A stretch of 64,000 nucleotides of DNA from Botryllus schlosseri (taxonomy: Eukaryota): positions 8,992,001 through 9,056,000 of the forward strand of contig CM119372.1 in assembly GCA_051294905.1 (NCBI GenBank). Direction: 5' to 3'. The translations under genes were made by a program, and so were the position numbers. Position 1 is the first letter of the stretch. Every line of letters starts with the position of its first letter. Shown here one piece after another: positions 24,336 to 38,775 of the stretch. The notes under the pieces are model-generated. The model was not told the origin of the DNA. It made no database searches and saw only the letters and a program-made list of their open reading frames with translations.

Positions 24336-27300
24336 ATGGATGGAGACTCTGTAAGCTCACATCAAGATCAAATATCCCTTTATGGACTCTTCGGTGATTC
24401 GTCGACTACTCTGCAAGGCTTAAATGATCATCTGTGTTCCTCGTTGATGCAGCAATCACCTCCATGCGGAACGTCTTTTGCGACACCAAACACAATCGCA
24501 AAAGCTGTCATCAAGTCTCCAAAAGTACGAGGAATCAATTTACCTAGGGGTTGAACATTTGAGGCATTATTTCAATTTATCAGCTGCAGGCTCAAACTAA
24601 CGGCGTGCAGCATGGCGGTGTTCTTCTGTCAGATCTCGCTGACCGTTCGCCAAGCGCTGGAAGTATAACTGCTGCTTCACTGTGCAATTTTGTCTCGTAC
24701 GGAAATCAGCGCTGCACCAATTTGGTTACTTACAAAGGAAAAAGGTATGGTCTTATTCTTGGGTTCTGATCGGTTTTGTTAAAGTCAGTTCTGAGGTTGA
24801 GACACAGTCATGAATATTGAGTGGATTGATCAAGTACCAGAAATGAAATGACCTCATATCACACTGGAATGAAATGACTTTGAAGTGTGCTTTGCGGCGC
24901 GATATCAATATCAGTGCTACACAATCAATTTCAATTGATTATACTACCAGCACTTAGGTAGTTATTCTTCCTTTCTTTTAGGTATTGCAACCAGCATTCT
25001 GGAGAGTCGGTGTCTTTAGTTAAAAAGGCAATCTTCAAAAAGCCACCGTCTTCAATGAATCTGAAGCAGATTGATGGGTTCCTGCCCATTTCCAAATCCG
25101 ATTTAATCAATGGAAATATCCGCCAGAATTTCATGCCATCGAGTTGTAATACCTCTATTCTGGCGGCTGTCTCAAAGGTTCGAACTACACCGTCTCATAG
25201 CAGTGTTGTGAAACAAAACGGAATTGACGTATCAGATAACGCGAAATATGCTGATCACAGTAATTCAAGTACTCAGAACAGCGAACAACCGGTTTCAGTT
25301 ATGAAGAAGGTTGGAAAGACTATAACTGTCTGTACGAGACCTATGACCTTGAACAGAGATGACAACACTCCACCAAGAATGGTATCATCGACAGCAGCTT
25401 CCAACGTCATTAATCTAGCGAATGCGAGAAGTCCTATGAAGTCATTCGTGACAACTTCTAGCAAAGCATCGACACCGTCCTACAGCATCCCGTTTTATAA
25501 GAAATTGGAACCTGTCACAGTTTCATCACAAGGAAAGGAACCAAAGAACAGGCGTCTGCAAAGCAACTCGGCTCCCGCATTGAACGTAGCGGGACAGCAT
25601 GCATCCACTTTAGCAGTGAATAAGGTGACCGTTTTTCTTCGCATTATGTAGGATTTTGATAGATGGTTGAACTTGGACTATGTTTTGAATTTTAGCTTAT
25701 TCTATTCATTAAGTAATCTTCAATCAACTTGGGAAGAGGAATGTTTGTAAATACTTCGTCATTTGTTTGTGTGATCTTGCCCGCTGTGTCTTTGCAAGTA
25801 GACTCATGCAGTTTATTGTTGAAATTTTCAGCCCAGCGGTACTGACGAAACTCTCTTCAAGAAACTAATGGAGGTTTTAAATGGTAAAGATCTTACAATG
25901 GAAGAGCAATTATCTGCTTTACAGTCTTTGGGTGTTACTATTGTGCAAGGGCCTCTGGCTGCAGCAAGTGATTCTTCTAAAAAGTGGGTTATAGTATATT
26001 TGCATCATCTGTTATCTTGGCATGTGATTTACTTTCTTACAGAAAGCCATCTGGAATTGAGCGACCTGCTGTAAATATACCAGCTGAGAGTGAGTTGTGT
26101 CTTTTGTGACATGGTAGTGTTTAGTGTGTTCTGTTTGAGTACGAAGTATTGCAGTGTTGCGTGTATAATATTATGTATAATTTATATGCAAGCCTTGCAT
26201 TGTAGGTATGTTAGGTAGATTTTTGTTCATAAGTAACTAATATGTATTGATTATTTGGTGTGGTGCGGCTGTTATTGATATGATTGTGACTGATATGATA
26301 TGATTTATGACCCGCTGCTGTAAATATACCAGCTGAGAGTGAGTTGTGTCTTTTGTGACATCGTAGTGTTTAGTGTGTTCTGTTTGAGTAGGAAGTATTG
26401 CAGTACTGTGTGTATAATATTATGTATAATTTATATGCAAGCCTTGCATTGTAGATATGTTAGGTAGATTTGTGTTCATAAGTAACTAATATGTATTGAT
26501 TATTTGGTGTGGTGCGGCTGTTATTGATATGATTGTAGGCGGTAGCAACCTTGATAAAAAAAAGGGCGTTTGGCTTATTCGAGTGTTGTGAATGATTAAT
26601 CCGTGCTCAATGTGTTTCAGGATCTTCAAGTAATTTTGGTCTACCTGCAGGCAATGTGAATCATCCGGTGACGAGCCTGAACGAAAGACTGGATTCTAAT
26701 AACCGCATTCGTTTGCAGCAAGTTGCAGGTGCTGAAAATGTTCCTGGAACTTTGAAAAAGGTAGATATGTGTTTGCGAATACATGATTTATTATGCAATT
26801 GGTGTTGCTGATTTGAAGTGGGCATACGGCAGTCTCATTTGACCTTTTACAGGTAAAGAAGAACAGCAGTAGTAAACCTGCTCAAAAAAGGAAACAGGTT
26901 TGTTTTGTTAGTTACTTAGAGTTGCAATTATTACGACACCAAATGTCTGATAATGTTAGAAACAAACTGATGACTCTTCCGCCAAGAGAGGCAAGTTCGA
27001 TGGGAAAAGCACTGATAACAGCACAAACAAGAGAAGATTAAAAACGCCAACTGATAAAACCAAACTCAAAAAGGTAGGTGCCTGTGAAATTTGCATTCCC
27101 AAGTATTTCTCCTGATCGTCGATATGTCGCAGAATGCTGTGCAGACGAGGTTATCAATTCTGAGTGCGAACCCTCCCGCCAAGTTGATGACAGTGTCGTC
27201 GTCTGCGCCGTCCCCGTTTAAGGCACTGTCTCGATACATGAACGAGAAAGCCGCCCTAGAAACGGACCTCTTTGCAGACAGGGTTGTTGAAGTTGAAAAG

Positions 27301-30300
27301 AATTTGCCCAGAGCAGGTATGTTGTTGTGCTGGTTTATAATGTTGGTCGATGCATGATACTCGAAGTGAGTTGACAATTTCGACGCTTCATTACGCAATA
27401 TATTGACAGATAAAGGAAAGGCGTTGAAACAACGCTTGCTGAAGAAGCACGTCAGTAAAAAACACGTAAAACCCGACAAGGTGAAAATAAACTACAAGCA
27501 GTGCTTGGAAGATTTGGACAGGGCAGAACCGTGGAAGACATTTGCGGCGGCAAAAAGTTTGCTCGGACTATTAACAGAAACGAAACCAACGCTGAAAGGT
27601 GTTCATCATGAACGGATTATAGATAAACTGTGCATGTCATCGGAGGATACTGTAACGTTATGTAATCATGACGCTGACGACATCTCAACTACCTCGGCAA
27701 GGTACAGTGTGTTTTTCTCTCTATTGATCGTACGTCGATTTCAATGTTGTATTGATCGACTTTAGTGATGGGAAAGCTGCCTTTACTCTGGACACATTGT
27801 TAATGAAGGATAAGTATAGGACGTTGTCAGAAGAAATTAATAGGGAGGAGTACGAGCTTGGGATGTTATCGGAGTGTTTCAACGAGAATGCGACTCTAAC
27901 AATGCAGACCGTGAACTCGTACCTTGGAGGAAAGAGTGCCGCCAGGTGTGTGTAAAGTATTAACGTATTTACAGCGATGTGTGTGGCCGAAATGAGTGTG
28001 TTAATCTTTCATTTCAAGTTTAAGACGCGAGTCATCGATATTTCAATCGTTCTGAACTCAACGTAGAGATTTTGTTTTATAAGCTGTTCTTGTGACTTTA
28101 CAGAGTTTTAAAGAAATCTACCGCACCGCTCCTTTGTCAATTGTCTTCCGAAGAAGGGCTGAAATGTTGCAAAAAATCGTTACCCTACGCCGATTACTGC
28201 AAGGAGCATATATGGCATTGCGAGACGCAGTTTTTGTACAAGCTGGGCCACGACATGAAAACTGTGGCTGACGTAAGCCCGGAACCGACGGTAAGTTTGT
28301 TTTCATCTTGCGTTGCTTTTATTCAACCGAAAAACGGGATGTCCGGTATTTCTTGTATCTGGGTGATAATGGAGTTGATTTGCCAGCCAGTTGTTTTGAC
28401 AAATAGTGTTCATGACATCAGTCATGTTCATTACAAAGCTTGCTCAATGCTCAGTCATGAATTTGAGAAATATCTCTCTCTCTCTCTGGTCTTGTATTTC
28501 AACTAGTTCCATCTCGCAGGTGAAGCGCGCAAAGAAACGCGCGAAACTTCTGCCGCTTATCAAAAAATACAAGAAAAAAAAGAGGAAGAAAGTCGAGCAG
28601 CAGGACGAATCCAAGGGAGCCTCGCAGACTCTGGATGCATCTATCAACCAGGTGGATGTTGTAGAATTTTGCCACGAGAGGTTCTGAATTATTATCCCGG
28701 TTAGAGGGCCTCGATGATGTTCAATTTTTTCACTCGCATCAAGCAATTTCCCATGGAAGTGCCTGCATATTATGTAATCAATTTTTCTAATTATTGTCAG
28801 TTATTGAGGACATTGATTCACGGGCTTCCTTCATTATTGCGATTACCCAACACAAAGCACATAAATTATTTTGATGTTGGTCAATTTTTTGAATAATTGT
28901 CACTCATTGATGACATTTAGTCATGGGCTTCCTTCATTTTTGTGAATACAAGGCAAGATTTTAAGACATTTCGACATTTGGTTTATGTGAATTCATGTCA
29001 TATTTACTAAATGTAACTCTACCTTTTTGTACTCTTGCTCAGTTTCTGATATATCCACGTTAGATTTATGTAACAATATGGTACGTTCCAGGTTAATTAC
29101 CAGAACAGAAGTTCTAATCATATCGCTATGCAACAAAGTTCAAATCGCTTTGATAATAATTCGTCGATCTCGAAGACCGCGGGAACGCGCTTGAATCCGG
29201 AAATCGGCGACGCCAAACGATCGGATAGCAGCGACGACGATCTGAATCTCATGAGTACGTCGTCGTTGAATTATTTATGAGCGCGAACGCTCTTGACTTT
29301 GCAATTTGCCGTTTCAGCTAACGAGATTATGCTGAGCGGGGTGCTGGATAAATGGCAGGATGACGCTCAGGAGTTTGATCTCTTTTCTGGTGAGTTTCTT
29401 CCGTCGCGTCCGATGTAATGCAATGCAGTCTCATCATTGCGTTACTTGCGAAGGTCAAAGTAATTGACATTGCTGCGTTTGTAAGTAGATGCTTTTCAAG
29501 GCTTGCAAAAACTGTTTCAAGTAGAAATATGTAGTGTGAATATGAAGTACTCAAGCATGTAGTTTTAAAAAAGTAATTATGTCTACTTTCGCTCAAAAAG
29601 CCGTGAAACAGTAGTGGAAGTAGGCTAAAAGCATATCACTTGCATTGTTGCATATATAATTGAATAGTATATTTATATTGAAATAAACCCGAATATTTTT
29701 GGCTGACACTCGTCATGGGTAATCATCAGCAACTAGTAGAGAATTGAAAATAACCTTGTACATCAACAATCGTATCGCTTAAGCGCAATCTCTTCGCCTT
29801 GATTATTCGAAATTTCATGTCGGTAAAGTCATATTTTGTGATACGATTGTTGATGCGTTGTTCATGATTCTTTCCAATTCTCTACTAGTTGCTGACGAGT
29901 TTCGGCAGAAAATATTGGGGTATATTTCAATATGAATCTATTAGTCAATTGTACATGAGATACTGTACCTCCAAGAAGGTCTTCATATTCACACGAGTAC
30001 TGCAAAGTATGCTGACCGCCACTAATTTTGGCATGTGTGCATGTTGACCCGATTTGTGCCGCTGTTTATACGGGCGTGTGTAGTACTTTGCGCTAAAAAG
30101 TGTGAATGATTTCGCAATGGAAATCCTAGTGCCGTGACTACTTCGGGACTCAGCTTGGCGCTGATGTTTTCACAGAAAAGAACGCGGAAGAACTCGAACG
30201 CGCCCTGCTTCTGGCCGCCGCCGCCTCCCCCACCCCCGACGATCATCCCGAGCAAGCCCCTCTCGGTAGCGGGCCCCACGACTCCAAGCCAAACTTGAAC

Positions 30301-33300
30301 TCTGAACTCTTGACAAGCCCCATGATGAACGGCTCTCCAGACGCTATCGTGAACTGCGACGCCCCCAAATCTGACGAAGACCCGCCGTCGTTGGACGGCT
30401 TCGATCGGTCGCAGATAGCGCACTACACTTTCGGCAGTGCGGTGGCGCGGTCCGTCAAGAAAGAGTGCGCCGGTCAGGGGTTCGTCTCGACGGACGCAGT
30501 ACCGCCCTTGATTTCTGCCGAGGACCTGCAGGATCTGGAGGGCGTGCTGGAGAGGTTGGATGCGGAGGCTGCGAACTCGCCCAAGCTTCCTTCATCGCCT
30601 GCGGTGGATCAGTATACAAGCATGTTGGCGCGGCAGCTATCGCAGGTGGGCTATTCGCCGCGATTATTGACGTTTGCTTACAGTCTTCGGGATTTTAACT
30701 AAAGCCCGACTGATTATAATATCGTCTTACTAGTTTATTTCATGTTAAATATAGCGATTGCTGTAGAGCTGTTCAAATGAAAGATCCGATATCTGTCACG
30801 GTCTAGTCTTTACCTTTGTGTCGTTCCTGCGGCTATTATGACCTGTGGTGAGCACTGAAATTAATACGATGATATAAGCAAGCGAGTGCAAAAAGGGGCA
30901 GATTTCATAAATATGGAGAATTTAGTTTGGCGAGTTGCAGTTTCAATATTGGCTTGTCTTGGAGCCTGTGAAACTATCCTACTGTCTCCTCGTTAAGAAC
31001 GCCTGACCTGCACAATCGGTCGCATATGTTATGCCGGAAGAATGTTTGATGTTTTACATGGCGAGCCACAGTTAATGCTGGATTTGCGTTAACACAGGAG
31101 GTCGAGTCAGAATCGTTGATGCTCGAGTCGGTATCCTCCGTCGTGGCTACGTCTTCGGGACCCAGTCGCAAGTCCCGAACTGGCACGGTTTCTACGTCAT
31201 TCACCCTGACGGCACCCAGCAGCTTGGCGCCCGCGACCCCGCCGTTGACCAGGACGATATCGGGGATGTCCTTTTCCGGGATGGTGCCGCGATCTCCGTC
31301 CGGACAGTTTTGCGAGCTGGGCACAGCCATCAACGTGATACCGCCTCCCGCCTCTTCGCCCGTCCAAGTGAAGAACAACGCTCAGTTGCAGAAGACGTCG
31401 TCTGCGAGTCTGAGGAATAACGCGACGAACAAGACTGTGAACGTGCTGCCACCGCCGGGTTAGCTTGCGGCCTTGATTTTTTTAAGTCGTATATTTTTCC
31501 GGAATTTTCTTCTTGTGTCGTTTTTTTTGGTCAAATTCCATGTCGCGACGGATGCCCACTGTCACGGGCAGAGATCACGGTCATAATTGTAAAACAGTAT
31601 GCATCAGTGGTTCCCAACCATTTTTGACTCATCAAGCTCGACGCAAATTTTCACCCTCCATATTTTCAGAACCGAAAAAGAGGACATAAAATAAACAGGA
31701 AATTTTAGAAAACTCAACTCTGATCGCTGGTGAATCGACTAAAAAAAGGGTCAATTCTTTGATATTGACTCGCGTAAGACACGTATCCAAGATAATCGTA
31801 CCTTTTTTCAGTCAAGTTTCTAGGCAGATCTGGAACAACCCGTTTTCGGGTTCATTTCGTGCCGATTTGTCGAGTGTGGGCGTTCTAACATCTTCGCTCC
31901 CTTCGTTATTTTCGTCCCCCCCCCCCCCATTTCTCAAAATCGATATCGGCTACGTTGGGAACCACTGTCCTCGGTCATTCAATTTTAATTTGAAGTATCG
32001 ATTTTTTTGTCGCGCATTGATCCGTCATTCAATCTGTTGCAAGATTCTGAGTGAAAATGTTTCGGTAAAGTTTATGACTGAAAAATATCCTGCTGTTAGC
32101 CGCCTCATGACTACAAAAAAGGGCATCTGCCTCACTGAGATAAGGACTAGTTGCAGAGCTACCCGGTCAACACTTCCACCCAGCCGCGTCACAGTGAATT
32201 AAGTCAAAAAAAAGGACGGATCTAATAAGTAAAGGAGTAATTTTACAGTTGAATTTTAAAAATTGGCCTTCCACGATCCCCTTTAAAACTGCTCTGCGGA
32301 CCCCAATTTAACAAGCGCTGATCTGTTGGTGAGCTAGAACCATCAATACGGGCCGAAGACCAAGCCTACCGCAACGGACCAGTTGTGCAATGTGCACGAT
32401 AACCTCGTTTGACCACGTTTTCATTTCCAGGCATGCAAGGCCAAGTGGTGACTTCTGGCGCGGTAACCGCGGCTTCTCTTGTCCACAAAGTCAAGGCGAC
32501 AAAGTCTTCTGTCGCGGCGAATTTGCACCTGTCCGCCGGCAACGTGTGTCGCGCGGTCGCCAAAACGCAGCAGATTCCGAAAAATCACGCGGTCCCGTTC
32601 GGCATCATGCAGTCGCAGCAGTCTCAGAGCGGCAACGTCATCAAAGTGATTGTGCCGTCCGGGGCCATTATAAACGGAGCTAACGGCCAGCAAGTGAGTG
32701 TGTGTGTGGCGCAGAGATGACCGGATTTAATATTTTCAAAGCCATAGTCAGCTTGGTGCCATATCCAGTTCTGGTAATGGTTCAATTTTGTTCAAAAGTC
32801 TCATGAAAACTGGAAATGGTTAAAGATTCATTGTCCAAATCTGGCCGTTTGAATAGTATATTCATATTGCAATGAGCCCGAATACTGTCGGCTGACACTC
32901 GTCAGTGGTATTCGTCAGCAACTAGTAGAGAATTGAAAAAGAACATTGTATAGCAACAACCGTGTCACCATGACATCACCGGCATGAAGTTTCGAATAAT
33001 CGGGGCGTAGAGATCACTCAAGTGCAATGTATTATTTTTAGTTGGTATTAGAACTATTTTCACAAACTAGGTTGGCATATTTTGATAAAAGTAGACTCCA
33101 AGGCACACAAATGAAAGTGTGAACGGCCTCTAACGACGACGCGAAATCCGTAGCCTCGATAATTTTTCGCACGAACAAGATTATCCAATAGATGTTTGCC
33201 AATGGCAGAATTCATGACCTTCGCCTGTTCTCAATCGAGCTTCAAGGCCAGATCTATTTCATTTTTGTTGTTCAATTCCGTGTTGATCTCTAGTGTGACA

Positions 33301-36232
33301 GTATAATTCCGCTGGCGCTGACTTGATCGGGTTTTAATTTGCAGAACATGCTGCTGATACCGGTCAGCGCTCTGATGAAGACGAATCTGCAGTCGGCCGG
33401 TCAGAACGTGTTGACCAGTCCGGGCCAAGTCGGCCCCTCCCACGGTTCGATCGTCAATGTCAAGCCGCAGCTTAACAACCTTCCGGTGAGCGATTGTCTT
33501 TCGATGGTCGTGCGTGTTTGTCAAGTTTTTGCTTTATGGGTTTTATAGACTACTGAATGCTATCTGTCTGGCATGGTTCCAGTGTGCGGTGTACATGATG
33601 TGTAACCAGAGGCTGTCAGTAACAGAACTTATGCTTTTCGGAGTGCTAAGTAGCTTTTGATTACTTGCACTACTTGTTTGGGCGGCTACATTTTTGTACT
33701 ACTTACAGTTCTACTTTCAGCAAAACTACTTTCTATTTTTTACTCTTTGGATTTGAAAAAGTGAGAAGTAGTTTTGCGGTTTCATCGCTGTTATGAGTGA
33801 AATTGCCGCAGTATCATAATAACTGAATATATTTGCAGTTCATTGTGTTAATCGCAAAGATAGGCTACATCATGCCATTTCGAAAATAGCCTCCGACTAC
33901 TAAAAGTATGCAGCCCCTCGACTAAATCTGGTCGTTGAAACTGCCTAATTGGGTGAACGTTCCATTTTCTACTTCTACTTGATGTAGTTTTTACACGTCT
34001 CAGTAGTTTCTACTTTTGATTGAGTGGCAATTAATGTTATTACTTCCACTTCTAATTGAATAACAACTTGACCAACTGACCATCTCCATGCATAACAGCA
34101 ACGTATATTTCTTTCACAGTCGGGCCAGCAATTCATAATTGTCAACAATGGCAACGCGAGCATGGGACAAACGCATCTTACTCTCGTACAAAAGCCGGGA
34201 GCTGTGAACGCGCAGCAAGGTATCGTCATAAAACAGCAGGGCGCCAATTTGAAGGACGCAAACGCCTACGGTACGTTGTAGTACTGTCTCGTTGGTGCCG
34301 TCTGGGTTATTTGCATTTTTTTAATTTCGGAAATGCAGTGAGAAGGCATTTGAGTCAAGACCAGGCGAGTCAGATAAGCAGTTTGAACGCGGCTACGAAT
34401 ATGCAGATGAAACAAGGGAGCGTTCGTTTGGACCAAGGTACGTCGATGTGTTCGTTGCGAGAATCGGGTTTACTTTATCTTGAAACTACTCGTGTAATTA
34501 TCGGTTTGTTATGGCATCGAGACTTCTCTCTGGCTATATCAGTCCGAAGAACGTAACTGCAATGCATTACTATAGATATTTTATTTTAGGAGATTCTTGG
34601 AGGTACAGAATTTCAATATGCAATTCAATTCTACATTCACATTGAAGTAAGCAGTGATATTTTATACAGACACTCGTCAGTCAGAGGTAATCGTCAAGAA
34701 CTGGTAGATAATTCAATAGAACTTTCTATATCAACAATCAGTCGTATTACCAAATATGTTATTGTGGTTTTTCCCAATCCATGTTTAAAGTTTTTTTCAT
34801 TGTTCACAAGACAGCGTACGTTGATCATAATACTTGAACCATCGATGTCGTTTGGCGAATCCTGGCTGTAACTGTTAGGGGTAGGTACAGGTTAGGATTA
34901 GGGGCCAGCAAGCACGAGTAGATTGGTAACCAAATACAGTATTGTGTGGAATCAAAGCCTTTTATCGTCCACACTTTATATTTTTCAGGACGCATAGTCT
35001 CCACTTACGCAGTCTCCGCCGCGGCGCCGATGATAGTCAGCTACGCTAGCGCGACGACCGCACCGCCGAGCCAAGTGACTAAGGTGGTTGCGGCCAAAGC
35101 GGGAAAAATGACGGCCGCCCGCAACCAAGGCGGCCGCCGAAAGGGCAAGAACACCCCACGCAAACCAAAGGCTCGTTTCGACCCGATAACGCGAAAGTAT
35201 GTCCCGGTGACTGACGCGGTCGCGTTGACGACCGTCGAAGCTGTCCCGATCGCAGTGCCGACGACGACGACAATAGCAAACAGGAAAGAGAGTTTGATCA
35301 AGTTCAACGAGTCGAGGTTGAGCATTCAGAGCAAGGTGCAGCAGATCGACTCGGTACTGTCGTCATTAAACGCGGCGGCGTCTAAGGTACAGCAGGACCA
35401 GGCCAAAGTCCGGGCCAGTAAGGCAGTCACCTCCACGGCTAATTTGTGCGTTCAGGCAAAGGCAACGTACGCAAAGACTTCGGACTTATCGTGCAAGACG
35501 CAGAAATCAAAGCCGCAGGCGCCTGTGAGCAACGCAGTGACTCTGATGCAGGTGCGGAAAATGACTGCAAATATTTCCGATTTGAAATCACGTATGAAAA
35601 CTGTGTCAGCCCCAGTGTCTGGTGGTGTGGTGTCTACTTCAATATCGGGCGTGGCTAATCCTGCGCTAAACACTGGGACTGTGCACTGGAATCGTACGAC
35701 CACCGCGGGTCCAGGCGTTTCGTCAAATGGAGTGACCGTGCCTGTGTATATTACAGGCGCTATCCCTGCAAACTCTTGGGGTGGCGAGTTGACCTTGGGA
35801 AAGTCTTCGATCGGTGCCACCCTGCCGGTGATATTACCGGCCCGTAAAAGCAACGCGTTTTCATCCCGGCTTGTCGTGAGTAACGTTGTCACGCCTGCTC
35901 TAGCAAAGATGTCAACCACCGGTCCTGGGGCGATGTTAAAGCGTTCCCTGATATCTATGCCGCACAGTCTGGTCACGGTGCCGAAAACAAAAATGACGAC
36001 GTCCGCCGTGCCGAAAATGGTTGAAAAATCGATGCTGGCCCGATCCAATCATACTGTCAGAATTGCGCTCGGGAAGACTGCGTCTCAAAATACGGAAATT
36101 TCTCGTGTCTTGACCACTGTCAGTGATGTGGTGTCCGGTCTGACCAGCCCGGTGACGTCGTCGACTATGGGTGTGAATACGTTGTCGGCCGCGGTTCCGA
36201 GCGTTTCAAAATCTGACGAGCCTGGTCGTTAA
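24336..36232 (+). CDS. INO80D: INO80 complex subunit D-like protein
   Basis: Phase-compatible exons: 24336-24524, 24590-24744, 24982-25624, 25832-25983, 26043-26089, 26621-26760, 26853-26897, 26987-27073, 27133-27316, 27410-27701, 27766-27945, 28104-28290, 28520-28651, 29092-29254, 29318-29389, 30176-30645, 31098-31458, 32431-32693, 33345-33485, 34120-34270, 34339-34437, 34989-36232. INO80D-like motifs appear in the expected order: CNFVSYGNQRCTNLVTYKGKRYCNQH; CCKKSLPYADYCKEHIWHCETQFLYK; KKRAKLLPLIKKYKKKKRKK; DDAQEFDLFSEKNAEELERAL. Confidence 0.82.
26066..26536 (+). repeat. Recent tandem duplication of about 222 bp
   Basis: 26066-26287 and 26315-26536 are near-identical, with only a handful of substitutions. 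Confidence 0.9.
29658..29990. repeat. Palindromic family copy C (intronic)
   Basis: Left arm ~29658-29775 and inverted right arm ~29840-29953, with the same core as 14487-14692. Confidence 0.75.
31605..31967. mobile_element. hAT (Charlie-type) MITE or MITE fragments (intronic)
   Basis: CAGTGGTTCCCAACC ... GTTGGGAACCACTG. No clear TSD. Confidence 0.55.
32850..33045. repeat. Palindromic family partial copy D (intronic)
   Basis: CCCGAATACTGTCGGCTGACACTCGTCAGTGGTATTCGTCAGCAACTAGTAGAGAATTG. Confidence 0.7.
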
Positions 36233-36309
36233 TTTGTCCGTGATATATATATATCTATATATTCTACATCGGTGGTTCACAAACCAAAGCGGGGCGAAAA
36301 CGTTCGAAG

Positions 36310-36526
36310 GGCGGTTCCCAACCTTTTTGTAATTGCCGCTGAAAGGAATAATAGTCGCGGCACCTTGGTAGTAGGAGCACCTAAAAATGGCTATATGATG
36401 TTTGTGACTAAACGAGGTAAAATTTCGGTCAAGCCTCTATTCCCTAATGCTACTCATTTATTTTATGTCTTTACCTCATTTTCTCGCGGCGCCCCTTCCA
36501 ACTGACACCCCTGTTGAGAACCACTG
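36310..36526. mobile_element. Short hAT-type MITE remnant
   Basis: GCGGTTCCCAACCTTTTT ... GTTGAGAACCACTG. Confidence 0.5.
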
Positions 36527-37555
36527 CGCAAAACGTGCATTCAATTCTATTAGATTAGCTGTTTGGTTCCTGGCCTAGTTCAATTTGTAATGGCCCGATG
36601 TTGATAAAAACGCAACTCAGTGCTCGTCTCAGGCCCGCAAGAGGTGAAAAGGATCGAATCAACTTGCTTATGAATTCTCTCCAACTTTGCAGGAACGTAT
36701 CGTTTAAGTAAATTCAAAAACTACGTAGCACTTGACAGTAATAAGTGTGCGAAAATTAGTATTTCGGCCATAAAACACTGTTGAGGTTTAAGCATTGGAT
36801 TTGGTCTGTTTGAGTACTACAGCATGATAGAAGTAATTCACTACTGATTACCTCTAGCTGTTAGGGAGGCGACAAAGATATATCAATCTTGATAAGGAGG
36901 AGATAGTCAAAAAGTTAGGGAACCACTGGTCTATGTCATAGCCTGATGTGGCACAGCGGTGCCCATGAACTTGTTCGGTGCTGAATTTTCGTTTTATTGA
37001 GTGTATTTTTCTCTTTTTGTATTTTCTACGTTGATTCTTCTATTCTGCCATTACGTAAACTGTGACCGTTCGGCAGCATATTTGTTCGCGAACTGACATT
37101 GACCGTACCAAGCGGTACTCCCGATTTCACGTTGTTATTGGCTTGTCGTGAATAAAGTTTGTGCAATACTCCGCTTGTTGACGTGTCTGGCGGGTTATGG
37201 AGAGGCCCTCTTGTGGACAGAGTTGGACAACCAGAAAGGATCGGCATTTCCAAATCAGATTGGAATCAGAACAACCATGTTCGCAAAAGAAATTCGTCAT
37301 CAATTCTGAGTTCGTCCTCATCAACTTGGGAATGGTGAAGGCCTGTACACCACGCTTGGCTTAATGCAGTCGTGCTGCTTACCGTAGCAACATCATCTAC
37401 TGAGTTGCGGAAATCCCTCTGCTACTTAAATCCCGGTCCCTGGCGCACCAGACTGATCAGATGACACACGCCATATGCGTTCTAACCCTGATCCATATAC
37501 TCATTGCTCATGTGTCCGTCCACGGGCCCGAGTTACCATAACTGCTTATCGTACC

Positions 37556-38775
37556 CAGGACCGTAACTGCCGCACCCCGAAACCCCCAATAGGAGGGGGC
37601 CCAAAATTATTTCGTGAATTAGCATAAATTATGGAGTATTTTTTGAAAAATTATGCAACTTTTTCAGAATTTTTTCGCGCTTAGCGCGATTTCAAGTTGC
37701 CAAATATCTTCATTTTGGGGTACTCTTCCCCAAAGAAAAATTACGCAAGATTTCTAGAAATGGGCAGATCGGCGCTGGCCATTACCGCGACACGATGCAC
37801 CAAGACATATAAAGTTTTAGGCCATGTAACATGCGACTCCAAGAAGTGTGCCAGAACGATCGGAAGCGAGAAAACCTTGGCCGAAAAGGACTGCCCTTTT
37901 GCTGACCGAAAACTTCGTTATATATGCAAAATACATATAGGTTTAATCGCCCATAGGCGCCTAAATGACTGGCGCCTACCAATTTGAAATATTGTGCGTC
38001 TTTTAGTTCAGTAGCCTACGTTTGGGCGATTCTATATTTTTTGATATAGCAGACAGGAGGTCACAAAATAACATCATGTTACGGAGTCATACCAACGGGC
38101 CCTACAAGTTTCCAAGACACCTCACTCAGCGCTACCGGTAAATCTGATTACGTGAGCAGAGAGGACAAAAAATTGATAGCAATATATATGCAATTCCCGA
38201 TCTTATTGACCGATTTCATCATGAATTATCGAAAATTTTCGCGCTTGGCGCTGGCTCACTGGTCAGTACGACTAATTTCGTGGCAAAAGAAAACAACGTG
38301 ATTGGGGGTAGGTTTATCACCCTATGGGAGCCCAAGGCCCAATTTATTTGTGGGGGGCTGACGAAGATCTGTTTCGTTCCTGCCAACGGGTATATACGTC
38401 CGAAGATGTTTAATTATTATTGAGGGGTCCTACCTTTCCGAGCACACCTCACTCAGCTCTACCTGTAAATCTGATTACGTGAGCAGAGAGAGGATAAAAA
38501 TTTATAGCAATATATATGCAATTCCGATCATAATGACCGATTCAATCATGAATTGTAGAAATTTTTCGCGCTTCGCGCGTTTAGGCGAGAAAAGCTGACT
38601 CAGTAAATAGGCCTTAACGTAGATGATAAGTAACGGTGAACAGCGTATAGCCTGAGGGGGGTCTGGGGGGCGAAGCCCCCCATCAGTTTGGTTTATCATC
38701 ATATGCGGGGCCCAAGACCAACGTTTTTTTTTGGGGGGGGGAGGGGGGGGCTGACGAAGTGCTGTTACGGCCCTG
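37556..38775. mobile_element. hAT-type non-autonomous element with an internal duplication
   Basis: Termini CAGGACCGTAAC / GTTACGGCCCTG, TSD ATCGTACC / ATCGTAAC (7/8). Internal ~130-bp repeat at 38118-38250 vs 38445-38580. Confidence 0.72.

Noticed and set aside
35041..36048. Minus-strand ORFs (94 aa, 198 aa) and similar shadow ORFs at 27066, 30022 and 30974
   Set aside because: Antisense shadows of GC-richer INO80D-like exons, with no independent motifs.
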